From Candidatus Multivoradales bacterium (GTDB lineage Bacteria; Acidobacteriota; Thermoanaerobaculia; Multivoradales; Multivoraceae): DNA of 64,000 bases. This document shows positions 1-9,509 of the stretch, piece by piece (position 1 is the stretch's first letter; the number at the start of each line of letters is the position of its first letter). The stretch lies in the NCBI GenBank assembly GCA_965223325.1, contig CBDCWI010000002.1, forward strand, positions 2,016,001 through 2,080,000. Direction: 5' to 3'. The notes beneath the pieces were generated by a model. The model saw only the letters and a list, made by a program, of their open reading frames with translations, did not search any database and was not told the DNA's origin. The position numbers and the translations under genes were made by a program.

Positions 1-2
1 TC

Positions 3-344
3 ATCTGGCCGCTTCTCATCGGCTTCAACCGCGCCAAGGAGTACCTCTTCACCGGCGAGCCCATTACCGGAAAACAAGGGGCCGAAATGGGACTGGTCAC
101 CCGGTCGGTACCGCGCGAGAACGTACTGCCAGTGGCACTCGAATGGGCGGAGCGACTCGCAGCGCTCGCACCGAAGGCACTGCGCTGGACGAAGTACTCG
201 ATGAACCGAATCCTGCAGCAACAGGTCGGACACGCCCTCGACGTCTCGACGTTCCTCGAGGCGGCGACCATGGACAGCGAAGATCTACGCGAGGCGGCGG
301 CGGCCTTCTACGAGAAACGGGAACCCAGGTTCACTGGTCAGTAG
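3..344 (+). CDS. Enoyl-CoA hydratase/isomerase family protein, 5'-truncated by window edge
   Basis: Open frame from nt 3 (IWPLLIGFNRAKEYLFTGEP...MGLV...SEDLREAAAAFYEKREPRF), typical crotonase C-terminal half. Confidence 0.85.
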   Translation: MWPLLIGFNRAKEYLFTGEPITGKQGAEMGLVTRSVPRENVLPVALEWAERLAALAPKALRWTKYSMNRILQQQVGHALDVSTFLEAATMDSEDLREAAAAFYEKREPRFTGQ

Positions 345-632
345 GCTCACAGAACAAACGGAACTGCGAATTGCGCTTAACGGGTCGCGGACACTAGAAA
401 CAGAGACGCTCCCACCTTGGACGAGGCCCGAAGGCTCCTCGGTACCCCAGGAAACCGGGCGGGCCGCTCGAGGCGGCGAGCGCAGTGCGATGTGAGGGGC
501 GCTCGTGACGGGACGGCGGTGTGGCCCCGGTCGGTGTGCTCGACTGAGACCGAGAGGGCACGCGGTGCGCCGCGCACCGCGGGATCGGCCACAACGCTCC
601 GCTCTTCCGCACCCCGAGCAGGCTCGCGGGGA

Positions 633-673
633 GGCCCCCTGGGGGACCGGACGGGACGACCGGGCGACGGTAC
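633..673. repeat. ~41-bp repeat, copy 1 (copy 2 at 5273-5312)
   Basis: GACGGGACGACCGGGCGACGGTAC is identical at 650-673 and 5289-5312, each preceded by GGCCCC(C)TGGGGG. Confidence 0.85.
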
Positions 674-1590
674 CCGCAGCTCACCCGTTTCCTCGCTGCG
701 CGACCAGACCCAATCACCGATCTCGATTTCCCCGATCGGTTTCATCCCGGTCTCCGTCCACACCGGAGTGCCTGCGACGAAGCACTTCTGAGGCGTCGCG
801 GTACGACCCACTGCCTGTGGAGTTGCTGTCCGTGGCTTCGGCGAGGTTGTGCTCTGTTGAGCACTCCGTCTTGCACGGTTGGAGGCGTTCAAGGCGGCTA
901 CTGCTTCGTCAGCTCGCTTGGCTGCCTGCTCGCCCACTTCGGCCACGCTCTTCGCAGTGGCTCGGCCTGTGCTCCTGGCCGTACTCCGCCCTGCGCTACC
1001 CGCGTTCAGGCTCTGGGCTACGAAGGACGTGAGCTTCGTCTGCGACGCCGCATCGCCCCTCGCCGCACCGACTACGACCTCCCCGGCGCCTTTCGCCAGC
1101 TGGGTCGCCACCTCTTCTGGGTTCTCCGAGATGACGTCCCACGTGTCGGACAAAGCGCCCATCGTCTCGACGAGGCGCTCCTCCGCCTCCCTGCCCATCG
1201 TCGTGTCGGGAGACAGGCTCGCAACCATTCCGTCGGCCACGAAGCTCGTCGCATCAACACCGAAAGCGAGAACGTCGGCACCGGCACCGAAGACTCCCAG
1301 CGCCACGGCCGCTCCACCCTTCAGACGACGCGTCACGAAGTTGTCACCGAAAGCGTGATCGATTTCCTCGGCGAGGTCGCCGGATGCCTCAGCGGCCTCG
1401 TCCGTCCCTCCCCGCCTGAGGAAACCCGAGAAGCGCTCGAGAATGTCGATCCTCCCATCAGGATCGATCCACACCGTCGGGTTGACCTTGCCGAAGGTGT
1501 ACCAGTGCAGCGAAGGTGGATCGGACAGGTCGCCAAAGACCGGATCTTCGGTGAGGAACCTCCCCACTTGTGGGTCATAGAAGCGGGCTT
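674..1590 (-). pseudogene. Orphan RHS C-terminal cassette 1, truncated within a pretoxin HINT domain
   Basis: ARFYDP..GRFLTEDP...NPTVWIDPDG core end, helical linker, then CFVAGTPVWTETGMKPIGEIEIGDWVWSRSEETGEL (HINT N-terminus) that breaks off at the repeat near 673; no toxin tip or immunity gene follows. Confidence 0.8.
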
Positions 1591-1600
1591 CTAATGTCCC
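1572..1600. other. Putative recombination site, cassette 1 (29-bp imperfect palindrome)
   Basis: GGGTCATAGAAGC-GG-GCTTCTAATGTCCC; first 19 bp identical to 11274-11292 in the rhs gene. Confidence 0.7.
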
Positions 1601-1746
1601 TACCGCGATCTAGCCCTAGACCGCTGATTCCCTGAGAGTTACCTCGATCTCGGCGTTGCTATGCCCCCACCGCGAGGTTTCAGGACCGCGCAGCCGCCAC
1701 ACGCCGTCGGAACGTCCCCCCGACCGTGCGCGGCAACGCCGCGCGA
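1591..1746. repeat. Cassette leader element A, copy 1
   Basis: Aligns by eye with 3190-3345, 7409-7562 and 9500-9655. Confidence 0.9.
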
Positions 1747-1843
1747 TCTGGCGACTTCAGTCCGCTCTTGCCGGTAACCAGCGACTGGTTGTGCCGTTGG
1801 ACCGACCCAGTCGACACTCGAAAGACTCTGCCATCGCTCGTCG

Positions 1844-2083
1844 CTAGCTAGTTCCATCGTCTCCATGAAGCGCGGCTATCGCCCGTTCTAGGGCCACCGA
1901 GAAGTCCGTAGCTACAAGTTCAAGGTTGGCGGATCCAGCAAAGAGAGTGAGACGGACTTCTCCATCGGTGGCAGCCAAATCAGCAATGATCTCTCCATCG
2001 GCCAGGACCTCGTAGTAGTCAACATCTTCTTGGACGGAATAGACGTGCTGGACCTTGAGGGTTTCGATATGCCGAGTCTTCAT
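1844..2083 (-). CDS. Putative immunity protein of cassette 2
   Basis: 79-aa acidic ORF directly after the toxin tip, with GAGG RBS upstream. Confidence 0.65.
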   Translation of the reverse strand: MKTRHIETLKVQHVYSVQEDVDYYEVLADGEIIADLAATDGEVRLTLFAGSANLELVATDFSVALERAIAALHGDDGTS

Positions 2084-2100
2084 TACTTGATCTACCTCAG

Positions 2101-3189
2101 CTATCGCAAGGGGTCTATGAAGCCGATGAACTCGCCATCAGCGGTAAAACGCGCGCCGTGACCACTGGAAACGCGGAACTCAAGCGTGAGACCACTGCGG
2201 GGCAAGACTGGGGTCGTCACTACCCCTTCGTCAAGAATCTTGACAAGCGCACGTTCAGCCATGTCGTTGAGAGCAGCTTGTGACCCAGTCGCAACTTCAC
2301 CGAGGACCGTCTCGGCCACCTCAGGGTGCTTAGTGAGAGCCCGGCCCGCTTGGGTCAAGCTACCACCCTTGAACGGAGTCGAAGCGACCGCAACCAGCTC
2401 CTCAGCCTCGAACTGACGGCCGCCAACAGTCAGCGGGTTTCGAGCACCGCGACCAACTCCCGCTTTCCCTAGATCGACGGCTTCGTCAGCCAAACGGAGC
2501 GCACCGAATCCGAGCGCCGCTTCAGCGAAGAACAACTCGGGAGCTACGACTCCCACACTGAAAACGACAAGCTTCGGTGATCTCGGCTACGTACCCGATC
2601 CCCTCAAACCCCTTGTGGAACTGGCACAGGTTGTTGCAGTTCGCCTCAGGCCCAAGGATCGACGACACAATCCTCACGTCTCGACCTCTGCCGGGAACCC
2701 CCTTCTCGTGAGTCAGGTACAGACGAAGCGAAGTCTGGAAGATGTAGTGCTGGTTCTCCCACGTCTGCCCAGGATCACGTTGGTCTTCGAGCCAAATGAA
2801 GATCTCGGTGAGAAACTCCTCACCATCAGCCACCCGCTTCTCCAGCCGCTGCACCTCATGCCGCAGTCGGTTGACCTCGCCAGTCGGATCAGGTCCCGTG
2901 AGCCCAGGGCCTACCTCACCATCTCGGTCTTTGAACCGTTCTTTCCGCTCTTCGAACCTGGCAAGGCGCTGCTCAGCATCAGCAAGCGCGTCACGGCTCG
3001 TCTGCAGTGACTGGCGGTCTGCAGCGTGCTCCTCCAACGTCACGTCGAATCGCCCGTCGGGATCGACGAACACTGTCGGGTTCACCTTCCCGTAGGTGTA
3101 CCAATGGAGCGAGGGCGGATCGGAGAGGTCTCCGAAGACGGGGTCTTCGGTGAGGAAGCGCCCCACTTGTGGGTCATAGAAGCGGGCTT
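2101..3189 (-). pseudogene. Orphan RHS C-terminal cassette 2, frameshifted near 2575; putative nuclease tip
   Basis: ORF 2522-3166 carries the RHS core end; overlapping ORF 2101-2556 continues in another frame (KLVVFSVGVVAPELFF...LTQAGRALTKHP), a toxin-tip-like motif. Confidence 0.7.
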
Positions 3190-3199
3190 CTGATGTCCC
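3171..3199. other. Putative recombination site, cassette 2
   Basis: GGGTCATAGAAGC-GG-GCTTCTGATGTCCC. Confidence 0.7.
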
Positions 3200-3345
3200 T
3201 ACCGCGATCTCACCCTAAACTACTGATTCCAAACGGGTTATCCAGATCCAGGAGTTGCTATGCCCCTACCGTGCACTTTCAGGATCACCAGGCCGCCGAA
3301 CCCCTCGGGAAAGTCCCCCCGACCGTGCGCGGCAACGACGCGCGA
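3190..3345. repeat. Cassette leader element A, copy 2
   Basis: Highly similar to 9500-9655; IHF-consensus match AATCAGTAGTTTA (minus strand) at 3216-3228. Confidence 0.9.
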
Positions 3346-3463
3346 TGTTCGGCCATCGGAGGTTTGTGATGTCTCTGAGGTGATCGAATCTTCGTCGCGG
3401 TCGCTCTCGATTGTTTGATCTCGTAGCGTTGGTGAGCGCGCGCGCGCTGACCCGGTTGGCGAT

Positions 3464-4507
3464 TCAGCCGAGCGAGTCGTCGAGCACTTCGAGCGCGCGG
3501 TCGCAACCGTCGCCCTCGAGAGCAGAACGCGCCCGAGCCGCGCCCCGACGAACGTGCCCTGCGGCGCCGGTTGGCAGCGCGCGAGCTACAGAGACCAGAT
3601 CGTCGGGCGCGTATTCGGCCAGCACCGCGACGAGCACCGTCGCCTGCCAGAGATCCTTGGCACTCTTGTCACTACCCGAGTCCCTCAGTTCAGCAACCAG
3701 CATCTTGTGCCAGGCGAATCGTTCCGGCCGCGGAACGCGGACAGGAGCGATGCATTCGCGCGCGATCACCACCGCCTCCTTGGAGTCTTCGAGCAGGTAG
3801 CCGAGGTACGGAATTGCAGTGGCGTGCGCTCTCAGTTCCCGTACCTCACGAGTCTCGATCTCACGGCCTCGCCCCGGAACCAGGAGGTCGACGCGGAGCC
3901 GATCTGGGCCGGGCGGTTTGAATGAGGTGGGCTGGCCACCGCGTGCGAGCGATGGCACCGGATGGAAGGGCACAGTGGAGTCCCTGAGGATGCTGAGAAA
4001 GTCGGCCCCGTCGGGCAGCCCGACCTCGAGTGGCCGGCGCCGCGCGATGTCGACGTCTTCGGTTTGGTAGGGGGCGCTGGCGACACCGAGATCGTTGATG
4101 AGGGCACCAAAGGCGTGTGAGCCCACCAAAAGAGCACCCGCTCGGAAGAGACCCGCATTGACCAGAGCAGCGAGAACCGAGCCCGTTCGGATGTCCGCCC
4201 GCGCGTACCCCTGCTCGGCCAGCAACCGGCCCTCTCGCACGAGCTGCTTCTGGATCTCGATCTGCGAACGGATGGAGTCGGCCTTGCGCTCGGCCTCGGC
4301 GTCTCCAGCGCTACCGAGGTAATCGGCAGCCTTTTTCCCCCGCGCGTCGTAGAACTGCCGATAGAGGTACTCCCGGCCCTTGACGATCCGGCTCCCCACG
4401 GTGCCGGGTGTTCCTGCCAACAGGTTCGTTTGTTCGAACGCCCGGCGCTTGAGATCCGAGTAGGCGGTCTGGAAGACCATGGGATGCGCACTGTAGAAAG
4501 TCGTCAT
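3464..4507 (-). CDS. Nucleotidyltransferase-fold protein (GSU2403/NTP_transf_8-like)
   Basis: LLVGSHAF...QTEDVDIA (GS...DxD), RVDLLVP, VRVPRPERFAWHKMLVA...KSAKDLWQA; GGAGG RBS. Confidence 0.8.
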   Translation of the reverse strand: MTTFYSAHPMVFQTAYSDLKRRAFEQTNLLAGTPGTVGSRIVKGREYLYRQFYDARGKKAADYLGSAGDAEAERKADSIRSQIEIQKQLVREGRLLAEQGYARADIRTGSVLAALVNAGLFRAGALLVGSHAFGALINDLGVASAPYQTEDVDIARRRPLEVGLPDGADFLSILRDSTVPFHPVPSLARGGQPTSFKPPGPDRLRVDLLVPGRGREIETREVRELRAHATAIPYLGYLLEDSKEAVVIARECIAPVRVPRPERFAWHKMLVAELRDSGSDKSAKDLWQATVLVAVLAEYAPDDLVSVARALPTGAAGHVRRGAARARSALEGDGCDRALEVLDDSLG

Positions 4508-4521
4508 GGCGTCCTCCCGGG

Positions 4522-4601
4522 GTTGTTCTCTACGGATGATTGCTAGAGAACAGCCGGCGGAACAAGGTGTTGTTCTCTAGTCTAGCAAACTAGATAACAA
4601 C
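4522..4601. promoter_or_regulatory. Two tandem inverted-repeat operators upstream of the NTase gene
   Basis: GTTGTTCTCTA-N11-TAGAGAACAGC (4522-4554) and GTTGTTCTCTA-N11-TAGATAACAAC (4569-4601). Confidence 0.75.
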
Positions 4602-4701
4602 CAGCCAGTGACTAGGCCGGTGTTGGCCTACTGGACGGTCGAGTTCCGCGCCGCGCGAGCAGCTAAGAGGAGAAAGACCACGTCACCTGCGGCCTCTCGA
4701 T

Positions 4702-4994
4702 CTAGGTCGTCAGCGGGATTCGGCTCAGGTCGCGGCTCCCGCGGACGACCGCGACGATCTCGAGACGCTCCGACCGGGGTAGACGATCCGGTAGCTGTCG
4801 ACGAGGACCTCGCGCAGGCCGAGACCAGGCTTCTCGGGCACTTCACGCCCCGACTGGGGAAAGTCACTCAATCGCTCGGGAGCAGCGAGCAGACGAGCCA
4901 CGAAGCGGCTCGCCCGGTCGACAGAGTCTTCAGAAATGTAGTCGTGAATCGCTTCGAGGTGCCGCACCGAGCGCAGCGACCAGACGACCTTCAT
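4702..4994 (-). pseudogene. RelE/ParE-family toxin, frameshifted near 4775
   Basis: MKVVWS...LEAIHDYI...LSDFPQSGREVPE...YRIVY; the expected C-terminus (ERLEIVAVVRGSRDL) is in another frame ending at TAG 4702. Confidence 0.8.
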
Positions 4995-5179
4995 CGAGAC
5001 AGCAGGTGCTGCTCTGCCTCGGCCTGGGTCATCACACGCCCTTCGTCCAGGTCGCGCAGCCCCGCTTCGATCTCCTGGCGCACGTAGATCTCGTAGAGCA
5101 GATCCTTCCAGGTGGCGTCGTCGGGAAGCTGGTCGACCAGCTCTCGGGCTTGTTCCTTGATCGTCGTCATCGTGCTCAT
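4991..5179 (-). CDS. Antitoxin partner of the ParE/RelE toxin
   Basis: 62 aa, IKEQARELVDQLPDDATWKDLLYEIYVRQEIEAGLRDLDEGRV; overlaps the toxin start (ATGA). Confidence 0.8.
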   Translation of the reverse strand: MSTMTTIKEQARELVDQLPDDATWKDLLYEIYVRQEIEAGLRDLDEGRVMTQAEAEQHLLSR

Positions 5180-5272
5180 TCTATCGTCCCTCCCGAAGGC
5201 TCAGCCGCCGGGCTCCCCGTCCTTGAGCTCGTGACCGAACTACACGGTACACGGCGCCTACGCACGCCGGGG

Positions 5273-5312
5273 GGCCCCTGGGGGGCCTGACGGGACGACC
5301 GGGCGACGGTAC
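5273..5312. repeat. ~41-bp repeat, copy 2
   Basis: Matches 633-673. Confidence 0.85.
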
Positions 5313-5411
5313 GGACCAGGCACGCGAGATGATCTCGGCACAAAGGCCCGGGCCGGGGCGCCGGTTGTGACGGCAAGACCCGTTAGAGGCTCAGGATTCC
5401 GCCCGCTCCAG

Positions 5412-5438
5412 GTTGTACATAACTCCGTTATGTCAAGC
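5412..5438. other. dif-like palindrome (Xer-type site or operator)
   Basis: GTTGTACATAA-CTCCG-TTATGTCAAGC; right arm resembles an XerD arm, but the spacer is 5 bp rather than 6. Confidence 0.4.
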
Positions 5439-5454
5439 CCCGAAGGGGCCGAGC

Positions 5455-5823
5455 CGCGGCGTACGAGGGCCAGAGTCGGGGAACGCCGCGTTCCCGGACA
5501 GGCGGATCTGCAAGCGGCGTGACAGAAGGGAGGTCCGAGGAGGGGCCCAATGGCGCGACGCTTGCCCCGCCAGTCTGGCCCGATCCCGGAGGGCGGACGA
5601 CGCGGCGATGCCTGGAACGGGCGGAATCCGGATCGAAGCCTTCTTCCTTAGTGGCTACCAAAAGCCCCGGGCCGGGACGCGATTCGGGTGGCTGCGACGA
5701 TTCGATGGCTCGGCGAGCCCGGGCGGGTGGGCCGGGGGGACTTCCGTTCCGAGAAAGACTGCAGGACGCAGGGCGACGCGCTCCGGCGTCAGCCGGAGTG
5801 CGGCGTCCCGAAGGCCTGGCGAC
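5455..5823. repeat. Inter-cassette element B, copy 1
   Basis: Aligns with 9658-10023 and 7566-7843; ends CTGGCGAC next to the immunity gene stop. Confidence 0.9.
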
Positions 5824-6102
5824 CTACTGGCTGTCGTCCGCACCATCGAGCTCCTTGACAACAGAATCTCGGAGGCTCTCGACAAGGGTCAGCCAATCCC
5901 TCAGCTCCGAGGGTCCGGACGTGTCCACAAGGCCCCGGTGCGAGGTAGCGTGATCGAGTAGCGCCTCCAGGGCACATCGCCTCTTGCCTTGGTTGCCGAG
6001 GACATCTTCAGCTAAGCGCTCAATACTCTCCGCATAAGCACAGTGGCCCCCCGCGCGAAGTTCCTCGACTACACTCTGCAGCACATTCTCAAGGTGGCTC
6101 AA
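5824..6102 (-). CDS. Putative immunity protein of cassette 3
   Basis: 92-aa ORF overlapping the toxin stop by 4 nt. Confidence 0.65.
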   Translation of the reverse strand: MSHLENVLQSVVEELRAGGHCAYAESIERLAEDVLGNQGKRRCALEALLDHATSHRGLVDTSGPSELRDWLTLVESLRDSVVKELDGADDSQ

Positions 6103-7408
6103 TCCAGCTCCTCCAAGCGTACGGCACCGGACCTCGTTCCTCCGGCGGTAACCGTCTGCTCACCTCCACCGGCCTTGAAGGTTGGGCCAAACACGGGGTC
6201 GGTCGGCCGGCCTCCCTGGCCCCTGACTTTGCCTTCAAGCAGGATCTGACTCCGCGTTAGTACCGCTCGTCTCACACGGATCGCGTTGTTCTTGCTGGGG
6301 AGCGCGAACAATACGGTTCGGGCAAGTGCTGGAAGGGAGGACGCGGGCCTTACGAAGAGGCCTGATGCTGGCGAAAGAAGCGCACTGTCGGCAAAGAAGT
6401 TCTCGCCAGCCAACCCTCGGCGAGCGGTGATCTTACCCTTGAAGGAGCGAACCACATCCCTCGCTGCCTCGGGCGAGAAACCTCGCTGTTCAAGAAGTCG
6501 ACGAGCACCCTTGTTGTTGATCTTCGCAGGGGCCTGGCTAAGACCCCGGCCAAGATTCGACGCCTCTCGAGCGCGGCGACTCTGAGCAATGTTCTGAGTC
6601 ACCCGCTGACGAATCTCGCTCCGCGCTCGTGGTAAGGCCCTGACACCCGCCTGCAGCAAGGCCGGAGGAGGCGATGGCGCCGCCTCATTGGCAGCCCGCA
6701 CCGCACTACGAGCTCTGCTCGTCCGATTCAAAGACTTGACCGCATCTGCAGCACTGCCGACGGACCTCCTCGCAGCGCCACTGGCTGTTCCAGCGCCCTT
6801 GCTCAGCAAAACCTCCGCAAGAATCTCGGTCTTGAACGCCTGGACCTTGGCAATGGTCTCTGGGTCGCCCGAGGCAAGTTTTCCGGACGTGCTGGCCACT
6901 GCCTTGACCGCGGCGGAAGCCGCCTCGCTTGGATGCTCGACGACGTAGCTGACTCCAGCCTTCACGCCCTCGATCGTCGACTCAATCGATTCCTCGAGCT
7001 CGAGTGCCGCTTCCTGAGCGATCGGGTTGTCGGAGCCCAGGGCAGTGGCGGCACCAACGTTCGCCGAGAAGTTCAGGAAGCCGACACCCCGATCGACGAG
7101 CCCAAGTGCCCCCGCAGCTGAGCCCTTGATCTTCGCTTCTGCCCTGCCTGCGAGGTTCCCCAGCACGGTATCTTCGCCGAACACCGCGTCACTGATGCTG
7201 GCAGCCCCAGCAATGATCTCGGCCTTCTTGGCTCGGATCCTTTCCTGCAGTGCACGCAGCTCAGCGATGCGCCCATCCGGGTCGACCCAGACGGTCGGAT
7301 TCACCTTGCCGTAGGTGTACCAATGCAGCGACGGCGGATCGGAGAGGTCTCCAAAGACCGGATCCTCCGTCAAAAACCTCCCCACTTCAGGGTCATAGAA
7401 GCGGGCTT
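6099..7408 (-). CDS. Orphan RHS C-terminal cassette 3; possible ADP-ribosyltransferase-like tip
   Basis: RHS core end NPTVWVDPDG; basic tip with ALP..N...LEG.V..Q...GGGEQ, reminiscent of Rhs ART tips (recall, unverified). Confidence 0.75.
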
Positions 7409-7418
7409 CTGATGTCCC
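7390..7418. other. Putative recombination site, cassette 3
   Basis: GGGTCATAGAAGC-GG-GCTTCTGATGTCCC. Confidence 0.7.
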
Positions 7419-7843
7419 TACTGCGAACTCACCTAAATCACTTAATCCATTGAGCTTGCTCGGGTCCGAGGGTTAATATGCCCCCACCGTGCACTTTCGG
7501 GATCGCGAGGCCGCCAAACCCTCGGGAAAGTCCCCCCGACCGTGCGCGGCCACGACGCGCGATCCGAAGAGGGGCCCACTGGCGCGCCGCTTGCCCGACG
7601 GCCTGGCCCGGCCCCCGTGGGCGGACGACGCGGCGACACCTGGGGCCGGCGGAATCCGGATCGAAGCCTCCTACTTTAGAGGCTACGAAGCCCCGGGCCG
7701 GGGCGCGGCTCGGGTGGCTGGGACGGTTCGCAGGAAGGCCGAGCCCGGGCGGGTCGGCCGGGGGACTCCGGAAAAGACTGCAGGACGCAGGGCGACGCGC
7801 TCCGGCGTTAGCCGGAGCGCGCGGCGTCACGGAGACCTGGCGA
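7409..7843. repeat. Element A (7409-7562) plus internally deleted element B (7566-7843)
   Basis: Aligns with 9500-10023 but lacks about 80 bp equivalent to 9657-9736. Confidence 0.88.
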
Positions 7844-7902
7844 CCTTCAAGTTTCGGTCAAAGATGGTCGCCGGAGCCAAAACTCCCTGCTGGGATCGGG
7901 TC

Positions 7903-8355
7903 TCATTCGACAACGACGGCTGGTCGCCACCGCCTTCTTTCAAAGTACCTTGTTGACTCCTCAGAAAAATGCGCCTCGGCGTGGCCGTTTGCGTAGAGCA
8001 CTAGCTCGACCTGGCCGTCGTCTACCAAGACCGCTACCCGAGTACCTAGGTCACTCGACAATCGGACAGCCGACCGATCGGCAACTACCTCAAGTATCTC
8101 TCGCTCAAGGGACTCCCGCGGCGCGCTGAGGTAGACAGCAACTGCAAAGGCCCTTGAATCTGCGATGGCCCAAAGCGGGCTGCCATCGGTTTCGCCTCTA
8201 GACCGAAGATAGTCGTCCGCATCCCGAGCTTCGTCACCCACGTATGCCACCTCTACGTGAAACGGCCACTTCTCGGAGAGCACATGAGACAGCTTCGCCT
8301 CAACCTCAGAGCAGTCCGAGCTTTCGACACAAAGCACTACGTAGGGGGATGACAT
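7903..8355 (-). CDS. Putative immunity protein of cassette 4
   Basis: 150-aa acidic ORF starting 2 nt after the toxin stop. Confidence 0.7.
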   Translation of the reverse strand: MSSPYVVLCVESSDCSEVEAKLSHVLSEKWPFHVEVAYVGDEARDADDYLRSRGETDGSPLWAIADSRAFAVAVYLSAPRESLEREILEVVADRSAVRLSSDLGTRVAVLVDDGQVELVLYANGHAEAHFSEESTRYFERRRWRPAVVVE

Positions 8356-8357
8356 TC

Positions 8358-9499
8358 TCAGAAGTCTTTCGGATTCGGTAGACTGGCCTCATCGACCACC
8401 CGGATCGAAACCGACGGGTCCTTGGGGTTGAATCTTGAGACAAAGCCCTCAAAGGTGGCTAGCGGGACTCTGGAATCAGCCGCTCTAACAACGATAACAA
8501 GGCCACCCTCACCAACCTGGCCGACCCCCTTGTTGAGATCGCGGGCGAGGTTCTTCAGGCCCTTCGCTCGCTTCACCTCAGTGAACTGGTTCAGCGGCTT
8601 CCCTTTCCGTGAGACATGAAGATCTGGCCTCGGGGTCTGCGCTTCCGGAACGAAGCGAACATCCTTTCCCTCAAGTCGCAACAGCTCCGCGACCTTCAAC
8701 TCTGCTACGGCGCTGGTGTCACCCCTTTTCGCCATCCGAACTCTTCTGGAGCGCTCAGCCAAATCCCCTGTGATGCGACCAGCTGTGCCTCCAGACCTAG
8801 CCTTTCCTCTCGGTGAGGCCAGGTTTACTCTCGGTGCACCGGAACCGGCGGAGCGCGTTCTAGCGGCACGAGATGCTCCACGGAGACTTCCCGCTCCCTT
8901 TCCTCCTGCAGCAAACTCCAGTGCCGTCCTCTTAGCTCGAATCTGAGCGTCCGCGTCTCCCTCGACGGCACGGGTACCTACATCGACGACGTTCTCAATG
9001 ATCTCTTTGACGTCCGGAGTCTCTCGCTCGATCTTCTCAAGCACCTCTCGTTGACGAGGCCTGAGTTCGCGATCGGCAATCGTTGAGGAGCTAGAGAGAA
9101 GGCGCTCGTGATCAATGGCCTGGTCGGCACCATGAAGGCCGAACCCAATCACACCGAGCACTGCAGACCCTGCGGCCGCAGCATCCTCGATGCGATTTCC
9201 AATGAAGCCACCAACGACGGGGATCTTCTCGGAGGCCTGGTCCGATAGGTCTGCCGCCGCAGAGATCAAAGTTTCGTCGGCTAGCGCTACCGCCTCCTGA
9301 GCTGTGTCCAGCTTCTCCTGTGCTCCAACGAGGAGTTCGTCCAGCTGCTCTTGGCTCATCCGACCGTCCGGATCGACCCACACCGTCGGGTTGACCTTGC
9401 CGTAGGTGTACCAGTGCAGCGAAGGTGGATCGGTGAGGTCTCCAAACACCGGATCTTCGGTGAGGAAGCGACCGAGTTGAGGGTCATAGAAGCGGGCTT
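8358..9499 (-). CDS. Orphan RHS C-terminal cassette 4; PD-(D/E)xK nuclease-type tip
   Basis: ARFYDPQLGRFLTEDP...DPDG; tip AELKVAELL...PRPDLHV...FTEVKRAK (E...PD...ExK). Confidence 0.8.
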
Positions 9500-9509
9500 C
9501 TGATGTCCC
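9481..9509. other. Putative recombination site, cassette 4
   Basis: GGGTCATAGAAGC-GG-GCTTCTGATGTCCC. Confidence 0.7.

Noticed and set aside
377-673. C-terminal part of ORF 377-1567 as a toxin domain
   Set aside because: Low-complexity R/P/A read-through beyond the HINT truncation.
5635-5661. tRNA-like 3' end (...TCGAAGCC...GTGGCTACCA) in element B
   Set aside because: T-arm to CCA spacing is wrong, no cloverleaf is evident, and CCA is absent in the copy at ~7685.
5413-5961. ORFs within elements A/B (also 7438-7996, 9503-10046) as a transposase or recombinase
   Set aside because: Frames are not conserved between copies and no catalytic motifs are visible.
1572-9509. CRISPR array of 29-bp palindromic repeats
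   Set aside because: Spacing is 1.6-4.2 kb and contains genes; no cas genes.
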